This document shows positions 10,849-22,207 of a stretch of 64,000 nucleotides of DNA, one piece after another; position 1 is the first letter of the stretch, and each line of letters starts with the position of its first letter. A program made the position numbers and the translations under genes. The notes below the pieces were generated by a model. It worked only from the letters and a program-made list of their open reading frames with translations, did not search any database and was not told where the DNA came from. The stretch comes from Macrostomum hystrix (taxonomy: Eukaryota; Animalia; Platyhelminthes), in the NCBI GenBank assembly GCA_950097015.1, contig CATNEN010000005.1, forward strand, positions 6,057,418 to 6,121,417, in the 5' to 3' direction.

Positions 10849-11060
10849 ATAAATTCAGTTTTTAGAAATTTATTAAGTATTTTTCGCTTTTAAAATTTTC
10901 AAATAGTCAAAAACAAGCACTTTCCTTTAGATACAGACCTTTGACTTGGTTTTGTTTTTTTTAATTTATTTCGGTTGTTATTTTCTTAACTGCTCCTATT
11001 GTGCACACCTTTTTAAGAACTAACAAGATTACATGCTTATCGTTTAATCTATCTTTACTT

Positions 11061-11829
11061 ACATGTTTATCTTGTGTTTACAGACCCAGCTCACATGTTT
11101 ATCTTGTGTTTACAGACCTAGCTCACATGTTTATCTTGTGTTTACAGCCCTAGCTCACATTTTTATCTTGTGTTTACAGCCCAGCTCACATGTTTATCTT
11201 GTGTTTACAGCCCTAGCTCACATGTTTATCTTGTGTTTCCAGCCCCAGCTCACATGTTTATCTTGTGTTTACAGCCCTAGCTCACATGTTTATCTTGTGT
11301 TTACAGCCCTAGCTCACATGTTTATCTTGTGTTTACAGCCCTAGCTCACATGTTTATCTTGTGTTTACAGCCCTAGCTCACATGGTTATCTTGTGTTTAC
11401 AGCCCTAGCTCACATGTTTATCTTGTGTTTACAGCCCCAGCTCACATGTTTATCTTGTGTTTACAGCCCTAGCTCACATGTTTATCTTGTGTTTACAGCC
11501 CTAGCTCACATGTTTATCTTGTGTTTACAGCCCTAGCTCACATGTTTATCTTGTGTTTACAGCCCTAGCTCACATGTTTATCTTGTGTTTACAGCTCTAG
11601 CTCACATGTTTATCTTGTGTTTACAGCCCCAGCTCACATGTTTATCTTGTGTTTACAGCCCTAGCTCACTTGTTTATCTTGTGTTTAAAGCCCTAGCTCA
11701 CTTGTTTATCTTGTGCTTACAGCCCTAGCTCACATGTTTATCTTGTGTTTACAGCCCTAGCTCACATGTTTATCTTGTGTTTACAGCCCCAGCTCACATG
11801 GTTATCTTGTGTTTACGGCCCTAGCTCAC
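11061..11829. repeat. 32-bp minisatellite ACATGTTTATCTTGTGTTTACAGCCCTAGCTC, about 24 copies
   Basis: Direct tandem periodicity. Confidence 0.98.
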
Positions 11830-12229
11830 TCATTTCTAACACTAAATTGTTTTACAACAGTGTTCGGGTGTCTAATGGCATGAATGCTGCTTCACAATGG
11901 TCGAGTGTACAGTTTTCGAGTTGTATTTGAGCAGTTTTAGTCATGAATTGATCAAAATATTCAAAATTATCTTGACTGAATCTGATCTGACACATGAGTG
12001 AAGCAGCAGCTGTCATCCAATGAACCGAGTCCTGTTTCAAATCCCATGACTATTTTCTCCCGAGAAATGAATTATCCCAGACTAAAAGCTGATTGACAGG
12101 AGCAATCGATGTTTATCCCAGCCATTTGCTCAAAATCAAAATAAATTATTTTGTTATAAAAGTCTCAGACTCGAACTCTGAGAACTATTGACACCTTCTG
12201 ATTAGAAACCTAATGTCTCTGGCTTGCCT

Positions 12230-12692
12230 GATGATTCACTCACTCAGTTGGCACAATGTCACAGGTGTGGCTCTTGGACTTGGCTGATGATTCACTCACT
12301 CAGTTGGCACAATGTCACAGGTGTGGCTCTTGGACTTGGCTGATGATTCACTCACTCAGTTGGCACAATGTCACAGGTGTGGCTCTTGGACTTGGCTGAT
12401 GATTCACTCACTCAGTTGGCACAATGTCACAGGTGTGGCTCTTGGACTTGCCTGATGATTCACTCACTCAGTTGGCACAATGTCACAGGTGTGGCTCTTG
12501 GACTTGGCTGATGATTCACTCACTCAGTTGGCACAATGTCACAGGTGTGGCTCTTGGACTTGGCTGATGATTCACTCACTCAGTTGGCACAATGTCACAG
12601 GTGTGGCTCTTGGACTTGGCTGATGATTCACTCACTCAGTTGGCACAATGTCACAGGTGTGGCTCTTGGACTTGGCTGATGATTCACTCACT
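12230..12692. repeat. 56-bp minisatellite GATGATTCACTCACTCAGTTGGCACAATGTCACAGGTGTGGCTCTTGGACTTGGCT, 8 full copies plus a partial
   Basis: Units start at 12230, 12286, 12342 ... 12678 and are almost invariant. Confidence 0.98.
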
Positions 12693-12710
12693 AAGTGTTT
12701 GAGGTCTTGT

Positions 12711-13021
12711 GCTGGAGTCGCAGCAGGATGTTAGCTGGAATCGCAGCAGGATGTTAGCTGGAATCGCAGCAGAATGTTAGCTGGAATCGCAGCAGGATCG
12801 AAGCTGGAATCGCAGCAGGATCGAAGCTGGAATCGCAACAGGATCGAAGCTGGAATCGCAGCAGGATCGAAGCTGGAATCGCAGCATGATCGAAGCTGGA
12901 ATTGCAGCAGGATTGTTCCTGGAATCGCAGCGGGGTTGTACCTGGAATCGCAGCAGCATTGTAGCTGAAATCGCAGCAGCATTGTAGCTGGAATCGCATC
13001 AGGATGGGAGCTGGAATCGCA
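12711..13021. repeat. 23-bp minisatellite GCTGGAATCGCAGCAGGAT(GTTA/CGAA), about 13 copies
   Basis: Direct tandem periodicity with variants clustered along the array. Confidence 0.95.
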
Positions 13022-15169
13022 TTACAAAAACTAATTTTGTCACAGAGGTCCTGAGTGAAACAGCGATGAAGCTTCGAAGTTCAAGCTGGTTGCAAAATAT
13101 TTCATTTATTCTACTCGGAGTAGTTTCGTAAGCCGAGTTACTTGAGCTTTTGAGCTAAACAAGAGGTCTGAAGTTCGAATCCAAAGCTTTTACCACAATC
13201 CTTCACATCTTGTTCTCTTTACTACTTCTAGTATTTCTGAGAGAGTAAAGCCCTGTTCATTGCCAATTGCGTGTGTGGTGACAGTGGATCCTTGGGTCAG
13301 TCAAAAGCTAGAGAATGAGTGTGAGAGATACAATTCAGACTACTGACAACAATAGAAAAGCAAGGACTTGGCTGCAAAACTCTCACATAACACTAAAAAA
13401 TATCGCCATAGAAAATGACAAGCTTAAAAGAGACTTCTGTGCACACTGAGAGTGGTGGGAGAGGACTGCGTGTGGCTATGGCTGACTGACGAAGGCAAAC
13501 AAGCCAGAAACCGGTCTCGGTCTGCCAGCGCGAGGTTCGTTCCCCACTTTTAGTGTGTTACAGGCCGAATGCTAGCCGAAAGCGGTATCTACATTTCGAA
13601 GCGATGCCACCGCAATGCCGAATTGCAAGCCTGTATGCATTGGCACTGGATGCTGACCAAATAAGAACACAATGAAAGGACAGAACAGAATAAAACAGGA
13701 GGCACTTATCATTGAGCAGACATCAGACAAAAACGAGCCCGAGAATAAACTGCTCAATAGTAAATTTATTAGCAGCAGAGCTCGAAATTATTTTATTTAC
13801 AAATGACTAATTAGTCGATAACAATAGCGAGTATTCTAAGATTTTGAAAAATAAACTAGCTATATGTTTAACTGCGAAGCATAAGGAAATTATAGAAAAC
13901 AGAGTGAATAACATTTGCCTAATAAAAATATTAATCGACAAGTTTGAGGAATCGCCATGCACCTTTGGGAGGGCAACTGCTTTTCCATCTGGTATACCAG
14001 AGACGATTTGGCGGCAAGTAGTGTAAGTGCCTTATGTCTAGCTGGCGCGACTCACACGGATATTCATGAAGGTTGCAACGAAGAATATTAATTGTTCGTT
14101 ATACCGCCATGACAATCAACAGAATTTACCCCTTCACGGCCTTCAGTTGCACCAATATAATGCGACTCAGGACGGTAATGACTTCTGAATCCTGTAGAAA
14201 ACCGGCAAATCTTAGTGATAATCCCCTCCACTGGAACATGTTTCCACTTGACACTCCTGCAGTAGGTTCAGACAACACCAGGATTTTCTTCAGCCAAAGC
14301 TAATTGCAAAATTACTGCAGTGACAGGTTTACTGTCTTATTTAGCAGTAATTGCCAGCCGAAATGACTGACTAGCAAGACCGCCAATTCCATGATGTATA
14401 AACTAGTTCATTAATAGAAAACTGGCTGAACTTTGACTTTTTGTCTTCAGGAAAGTAGAGTAGAGCACACTGCCTATTTTCAAATGCTAACTTCGAAAAG
14501 GATTGTAGAACAAGTAGCTGAAATGAATAAAATATAAATGAGTGATAGCATACAGATAATTTGTTAGCTAAGCAATTGTTTTACCTAGCAAAAGTGGCTC
14601 TAATGCTATAGTAGAATGCCTGCCGTAACGGCCACCGTAACGCTGCAACGGATAGAAGAGACGCTGATTGCGGGCCGACTACGCAATGGCTACAGAATAG
14701 AATAGAATGCGACATTATCAGTCGAGCCGCCTGCTATCCGCTTACTCATTTCCCATTGGGCAGCCGTTGATTAGCGCTAAATGCCCATTTGCACAGCAAA
14801 AACAAAATTAAAAAGCTCGTATCTCGTGTCAGTACGCAACGATTATTGCAAAAATGTTTATACAAAGATAAATCAGTTCATTTGGAAGGGCCGAGCATAT
14901 TTAATCTACAGAAAAGCAAAACAGTTGCTGCTTCCGAGCCTAGCTCTCGCAGCTGTCTTTGTACCTCACTATACGAGTATGCCAACTGCAACAATAAGCC
15001 ACAATGAGCATAAGACTCAGAGACTAAAACTGTTTGCAGCCATAAAAATGGAGGCTGTCGAGGCTTTGAAATCTTTCGCCCAAGAAAAACTTTAGTCATA
15101 AAGGAAAGCCGAATCGAGCACAGACTCTTAATTGAGGCTCGAGTAGTGCTCTAGCTGCTCAGCCGTGTT

Positions 15170-15741
15170 CTCGAACTCAACTCGGGGTTTGGTGGGTCCT
15201 TTGTGTAGCCGCACAGATTCTCTCTTGTGTTGAGGCACAATTTGAGTACAGGACTCATTCTTTTAAATGCTGAGCAGCCAAGAATGTATTTTACCTGTCA
15301 TTGAAACTGATGCAAATGGAGGCTGCGAATGGGGGATGGTCATTTTGTCTCCTACTCAAACTCAACTCAACTAGTAAGTCTACTCAGTGCAGCCATGCAG
15401 AAATATTTCTATATGAGCTCAGAAAGCATTGCGATAGAGGAGCCCTAAAAACTGATGCACACAGTCGCAATGCAGTGTGGCCTGCGATGCCCATCCTTCT
15501 GTTGCTAGGCAACAATAAACAAACTGGCGCCAATTTAAGAGCCGGAGTGGAGCATCGTCTTCGCTCTTCATTTGCGACGGCAGCTTTCAAGCAGCCGACT
15601 GACCGACATCCACCGACCGAGTCTCTCCGTTTCTAGGCGACTCTCTCCGTTGCTAGGCGACTCTCTCCGTTGCTAGGCGACTCTCTCCGTTGCTAGGCGA
15701 GACTCTCCGGATCTCCCATTGCTGCTGGAGTGCAGGTGAGG
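15170..15741 (+). promoter_or_regulatory. Non-coding module copy 1: X-box GTTGCTAGGCAAC (15501-15513), forkhead-type AATAAACAAA (15514-15523), 20-bp X-box repeats (15621-15710), splice donor CAG|GTGAG (15736)
   Basis: Blocks homologous to 18140-18700. Perfect 13-bp X-box. Function is inferred. Confidence 0.6.
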
Positions 15742-15882
15742 GGGTTAATTGCTGAACTAGTTTCCATAAACTACAAAACAGTGCTTTACTCTCTTAATGC
15801 TGTTATTTCTAAACAACAGTAGGTATATTAGTCGTTTGTTAAACTATGCTTTAGATGGATTTCAGAAATACAATCCTGACAG

Positions 15883-17872
15883 ATAAAATGAGAGACACAA
15901 TGATATGAAATGAGAGACACAATGACATGACATGAGAGACACAATGACATGAAATGAGAGACACAATGACATGAAATGAGAGACACAATGACATGAAATG
16001 AAAGACACAATGACATGAAATGAGAGACACAATGCCATGAAATGAGAGACACAATGACATGAAATGAGAGACACAATGACATGAAATGAGAGACACAATG
16101 ACATGAAATGAGAGACACAATGACATGAAATGAGAGACACAATGACATGAAATGAGAGACACAATGACATGAAATGAGAGACACAATGATATGAAATGAG
16201 AGACACAATGACATGAAATGAGAGACACAATGATATGAAATGAGAGACACAATGACATGAAATGAGAGACACAATGACATGAAATGAGAGACACAATGAC
16301 ATGAAATGAGAGACACAATGACATGAAATGAGACACACAATGACATGAAATGAGAGACACAATGACATGAAATGAGAGACACAATGACATGAAATGAGAC
16401 ACACAATGACATGAAATGAGAGACACAATGACATGAAATGAGAGACACAATGACATGAAATGAGAGACACAATGACATGAAATGAGAGACACAATGACAT
16501 GAAATGAGAGACACAATGATATGAAATGAGAGACACAATGACATGAAATGAGAGACAGAATGATATGATATGAGAGACACAATGATATGAAATGAGAGAC
16601 ACAATGACATGAAATGAGAGACACAATGACATGAAATGAGAGACACAATGACATGAAATGAGAGACACAATGACATGAAATGAGAGACACAATGACATGA
16701 AATGAGAGACACAATGACATGAAATGAGAGACACAATGACATGAAATGAGAGACACAATGACATGAAATGAGAGACACAATGACATGAAATGAGAGACAC
16801 AATGACATGAAATGAGAGACAGAATGATATGAAATGAGAGACAGAATGATATGAAATGAGAGACACAATGACATGAAATGAGAGACACAATGACATGAAA
16901 TGAGAGACACAATGACATGATATGAGAGACACAATGACATGAAATGAGAGACACAATGACATGAAATGAGAGACACAATGACATGAAATGAGAGACACAA
17001 TGACATGAAATGAGAGACACAATGACATGAAATGAGAGACACAATGACATGAAATGAGAGACACAATGACATGAAATGAGAGACAGAATGAAATGATATG
17101 AGAGACACAATGATATGAAATGAGAGACACAATGACATGAAATGAGAGACACAATGACATGAAATGAGAGACACAATGACATGAAATGAGAGACACAATG
17201 ATATGAAATGAGAGACACAATGACATGAAATGAGAGACACAATGATATGAAATGAGAGACACAATGACATGAAATGAGAGACACAATGACATGAAATGAG
17301 AGACACAATGACATGAAATGAGAGACACAATGACATGAAATGAGACACACAATGACATGAAATGAGAGACACAATGACATGAAATGAGACACACAATGAC
17401 ATGAAATGAGAGACAGAATGATATGATATGAGAGACACAATGATATGAAATGAGAGACACAATGACATGAAATGAGAGACACAATGACATGAAATGAGAG
17501 ACACAATGACATGAAATGAGAGACACAATAACATGAAATGAGAGACAGAATGATATGATATGAGAGACACAATGATATGAAATGAGAGACACAATGACAT
17601 GAAATGAGAGACACAATGACATGAAATGAGAGACACAATGACATTAAATGAGAGACACAATGACATGAAATGAGAGACACAATGACATGAAATGAGAGAC
17701 ACAATGACATGAAATGAGAGACACAATGACATGAAATGAGAGACACAATGACATGAAATGAGAGACACAATGACATGAAATGAGAGACACAATGACATGA
17801 AATGAGAGACAGAATGATATGAAATGAGAGACAGAATGATATGAAATGAGAGACACAATGACATGAAATGAG
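15883..17872. repeat. 22-bp minisatellite ATGAAATGAGAGACACAATGAC, about 90 copies
   Basis: Direct tandem periodicity. Explains the 586-694 aa minus-strand pseudo-ORFs in all three frames. Confidence 0.99.
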
Positions 17873-18139
17873 GCCCAATTTAGTCTCCAAAGTTGGCACC
17901 TGAGCTAATTTTCCAATATTTCTTCGCGAATACATTAAAAGTCCATCTTCAAGACCTCACAGAAAGTCTAATCTTAGTATTTTAGAAAATTATTCTTCAA
18001 GCAATGGCCCTCTCACCCAAATACACCCAAAGCAATTCGCACAGAACAATGGACAGCAACAATGAACCCACAGCCGAAACTGTTTTGCAGCAATAAAATA
18101 TTCAATGGCGAGTTTGAGCAGGCTAACTCATGCTTTGTC

Positions 18140-18698
18140 TTCGTCTCAAACTCAACTCGAGTCTTCTCTGTGCAGATTGAAGCAAGCCCCTCAACCTGTG
18201 TGCTCAAAGTGAGCAGTGTTTAATCTCTCATGTGGCATTGAAACTGTAGCGAATGGAAGCTGAGAATGGGTTGGACAAAGTACTTTTGTCACCGACTCAA
18301 ACCCAACTCAAATGCTTTAGTAGGCCATGCAGACCTGTCTCCGTATGGACTCAGTGTTCATGTACTTTAATCAGCTCATAGGATGTTTGAGTAGCACAAA
18401 CTGGAGCACACAGTCGCAATGCAGTGTAGAATGTATGCTCAGCCCATGCTTCTGTTGCTAGGCAACAAATAAACAAATTCGCACCGATTCAAAGTTACTG
18501 TCGAGTATCCGTTTTCTCTTCATTCACAGCCAACTGAATCATTTTTTAAACTGCTGAAGCCTCTGAGTCTGTCTGTTGCTAGGCGAGTCTCTCCGTTGCT
18601 AGGTGAGTCTGTCCGTTGCTAGGCGAGTCTCTCCGTTGCTAGGTGAGTCTCTCCAGATCGCCCATTGCTGGCAGTGTCCAGAGGACTCAAAGGTAAAG
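18140..18698 (+). promoter_or_regulatory. Non-coding module copy 2: X-box (18454-18466), AAATAAACAAA (18467-18477), acceptor-like TTTTCTCTTCATTCACAG, 20-bp X-box-like repeats (about 18566-18655), donor AAG|GTAAAG (18693)
   Basis: Shares with copy 1 the blocks CATTGAAACTG, CACACAGTCGCAATGCAGTGT, CTTCTGTTGCTAGGCAAC, AATAAACAAA, CTCTTCATT and CCATTGCTG. Confidence 0.6.
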
Positions 18699-19317
18699 TA
18701 AATTTAACTTTTTAGTTCAACAGCTTCCGACTTTTGTACGCACATCCAAGATCTTTAATCATAGTTTAAAGTCTGCATACTTTAAGTTACTTGTAGCGTC
18801 TTTTCCATTTGCAATAGCTACTTCACCAACTGTTACAGTATTTAGGACAAAATATGTATTTATATGGGCTGGCCTGGCGGTGCAATCAGAGTGGAAAAAG
18901 TTGTCTTTTACAATTCCGTTTTCTGGAAGCTATTTGCTACTTTCTACTGTAAGTAGTGCTGATTAGGCATACCTTTTTAGACTACTATATCTTAGGCTAT
19001 TATATTATTATAATAGGCTATCTTAGGATAAAACGCACTGTTATTTCCGATACTCACTACTGTAAACAGTGTGCAACAACAACTAACCATGAAGATTGCG
19101 GTGAAAAAGAGATATAAGTGGAAAAATATTTAAAAGAAAAGAAAAAATAGGACAAAATTGCGAGTGTAAATGAATGCTAAAGAGAAGGGAAGAGAGAGGA
19201 GGAGAGAAGAAGAAGGAGTATCGAATAGTCAAGCATCATATTATATTTCATTTCTAGGCTGATAGAAGATAGGAGCTAACGGAGATAGATGGGTAGGAGA
19301 CAGAAGAAATTGTTTCA

Positions 19318-19620
19318 ATCCGGATCATTTATCAATGGGAATAATTCCTCAATAGGGATAATTTGTCAGAGGAAAGTTTGATAAAATATGATCATTTGTC
19401 AGTGGGAAATCTAACGTCATGGGACAATTTTATCGCGGGAAAAATAGAAAATTGTGTCAATTTTGTCAAAATTGTGGCAAAACGAGAAAGTGAAATTTAT
19501 TCTACATTGATAATTTTACAATTTTACGTGCAATAATTTGACAAAGAAATATCTTAGTCGAAGAAGATAATTTGCCCAGTAAGGATAATTTAAACCAAGG
19601 GCTTTAGACAAATGGGACAC
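19318..19620. repeat. Highly degenerate GGGATAATTT-motif cluster
   Basis: Scattered GGATCATTT, GGGATAATTT, GGGACAATTT and GGATAATTT motifs related to the 22208-23062 array. Confidence 0.4.
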
Positions 19621-19800
19621 TTTCTCAAATGAGGATATATCGATTAAGGGACCTTTTGCCACGGAAAACAGATAAGTATGTACAAAGAGACAGAGAATGT
19701 AAAATCAGGAACGATATACCACATTTAAATTTGACACACCAATTTTAAACTATTTGACTGGGCGAATAAATTAATGAAAGAAGTAAAACCCAGCTGTTTT

Positions 19801-21413
19801 ACTTGCTGTAGTACTGTAGTGATATTGTACTTGCAGTAGTACTGTAGTGATATTGTACTTGCAGTAGTACTGTAGTGATATTATACTTGCAGTAGTACTG
19901 TAGTGATATCATACTTGCAGCTGTAGTGATATCATACTTGCAGTAGTACTGTAGTGATATCATACTTGCAGTAGTACTGTAGTGATATCATACTTGCAGT
20001 AGTACTGTAGTGATATTGTACTTGCAGTAGTACTGTAGTGATATTATACTTGCAGTAGTACTGTAGTGATATTGTACTTGCAGTAGTACTGTAGTGATAT
20101 CATACTTGCAGTAGTACTGTAGTGATATTATACTTGCAGTAGTACTGTAGTGAAATCATACTTGCAGTAGTACTGTAGTGATATTATACTTGCAGTAGTA
20201 CTGTAGTGATATCATACTTGCAGTAGTACTGTAGTGATACTATACTTGCAGTAGTACTGTAGTGATATTATACTTGCAGTAGTACTGTAGTGAAATCATA
20301 CTTGCAGTAGTACTGTAGTGATATTATACTTGCAGTAGTACTGTAGTGATATTATACTTGCAGTAGTACTGTAGTGATATTATCCTTGGAGTAGTACTGT
20401 AGTGATATAATACTTGCAGTAGTACTGTAGTGATATTGTGCTTGCAGTAGTACTGTAGTGATATAATACTTGCAGTAGTACTGTAGTGATATTGTGCTTG
20501 CAGTAGTACTGTAGTGATATCATACTTGCAGTAGTACTGTAGTGATATTATACTTGCAGTAGTACTGTAGTGATATCATACTTGCAGTAGTACTGTAGTG
20601 ATACTATACTTGCAGTAGTACTGTAGTGATATTATACTTGCAGTAGTACTGTAGTGAAATCATACTTGCAGTAGTACTGTAGTGATATTATACTTGCAGT
20701 AGTACTGTAGTGATATTATACTTGCAGTAGTACTGTAGTGATATTATCCTTGGAGTAGTACTGTAGTGATATAATACTTGCAGTAGTACTGTAGTGATAT
20801 TGTGCTTGCAGTAGTACTGTAGTGATATAATACTTGCAGTAGTACTGTAGTGATATTGTACTTGCAGTAGTACTGTAGTGATATCATACTTGCAGTAGTA
20901 CTGTAGTGATATTATACTTGCAGTAGTACTGTAGTGATATTATACTTGCAGTAGTACTGTAGTGATATTATACTTGCAGTAGTACTGTAGTGATATTATA
21001 CTTGCAGTAGTACTGTAGTGATATTATACTTGCAGTAGTACTGTAGTGATATTGTACTTGCAGTAGTACTGTAGTGATATTATACTTGCAGTAGTACTGT
21101 AGTGATATCATACTTGCAGTAGTACTGTAGTGATATTATACTTGCAGTAGTACTGTAGTGATATTGTACTTGCAGTAGTACTGTAGTGATATTATACTTG
21201 CAGTAGTACTGTAGTGATATTGTACTTGCAGTAGTACTGTAGTGATATTATACTTGCAGTAGTACTGTAGTGATATTGTACTTGCAGTAGTACTGTAGTG
21301 ATATTATACTTGCAGTAGTACTGTAGTGATATTGTACTTGCAGTAGTACTGTAGTGATATTGTACTTGCAGTAGTACTGTAGTGATATTGTACTTGCAGT
21401 AGTATTGAGTGAT
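19801..21413. repeat. 28-bp quasi-palindromic minisatellite GTAGTACTGTAGTGATATTATACTTGCA, about 57 copies, with an internal 364-bp (13-unit) duplication
   Basis: Direct periodicity. The rare variants GATACTATAC and TTATCCTTGGAG each recur 364 bp apart. Confidence 0.98.
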
Positions 21414-21525
21414 AATTTGCTTGCAGCATTGCTGCAGTATGAAGGGATTATTTGAGGCAAAAAGAGAGAAAGAATATGTTGGCGTTTAATTAGACTATTT
21501 TTTAACATCATATTTTCTTATTCAG

Positions 21526-21693
21526 TTTCGGCAGCCTTCTAACTGCTCTCGCACTGACAGCCTCTGAGTCTCAGCGTTGCTAGGCGAGTCTCCCCCCGTT
21601 GCCCGGCGAGTGTCTCCGTTGCTAGGCGAGTCTCAGCAAGTCGCTCACCGCTGCTGTTGCAGCTGCGGCTGCATCGCGGACTCATCGGTGAGT
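21526..21693 (+). promoter_or_regulatory. Non-coding module copy 3 (5'-truncated): GTTGCTAGGCGAG repeats and donor TCG|GTGAGT (21688)
   Basis: CAGCCTCTGAGTCT...CGTTGCTAGGCGAGTCT...GGACTCA is homologous to 18555-18692. Preceded by an acceptor-like TTTTCTTATTCAG. Stop codons in all three + frames. Confidence 0.5.
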
Positions 21694-22207
21694 GTTGTTG
21701 GCATTGTAGTTTGCAATTGACTGGAAAAGTACAATTTGCATACTGGCGTTTGCTGACTCTGACCATAGACACCAATAGGAAATAAAGTGCGAATTTACTG
21801 ATTGGACGGGTTTGAAGCTTTTTGCTGAAATGGTAGATTTACGCACTAGGAAGCCTAGCATAAGTGCATTGATTTATGACCAAGTGTGTGTGCGCAAGAC
21901 CAGCTCCTTCGGCCCATAGACAATACCCGTCTGGGATTTACTGCATAGTAGCTCAGAAGAGGGATGGCACGGAGATCAAGTGGGGCATCATTTACCGCAC
22001 AGTTGCGGAATTTACTGCACACTTCAATCTATTTCTTTGATGGCCTTTGGGCCATAAACTATACACGAGCTTGAGACGTTTACGCACACTTGGTTACATG
22101 TCAATGGGCTGGTGGAATTTCGCTGGCGAGCTTTGTTTACAGTTTAGGCGGAAATTCTTCGTTTGGTTGTACAGTTGCCGACTGGGGCGAATATTTTGAG
22201 AACTGAA

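Noticed and set aside
12230-12692. Possible CRISPR array (also considered for 19801-21413 and 2739-5585)
   Set aside because: Units are contiguous with no unique spacers, there are no cas genes, and the context is eukaryotic.
13128-13182. tRNA- or SINE-like head: A-box-like AAGCCGAGTTA and B-box GTTCGAATCC (13173-13182)
   Set aside because: I cannot fold a cloverleaf and see no terminator, tail or TSD. At most a decayed tRNA-derived SINE fragment; tRNAscan-SE and RepeatModeler would decide.
13930-14310. Possible minus-strand micro-exons (e.g. TTTTCTACAG|GATTCAG...GAAGGG|GTAAAT)
   Set aside because: The splice-like signals do not chain into a recognisable protein and the frames contain stops; needs RNA-seq.
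14781-15636. Short ORFs of 68-111 aa
   Set aside because: No domain similarity apparent; 15301-15636 overlaps the non-coding X-box module, whose second copy does not keep the frame.
15828-17935. 586-694 aa Cys/His-rich hydrophobic ORFs in three minus frames
   Set aside because: The reverse complement of the 22-bp unit lacks stops; open in all frames and perfectly periodic, so not a gene.
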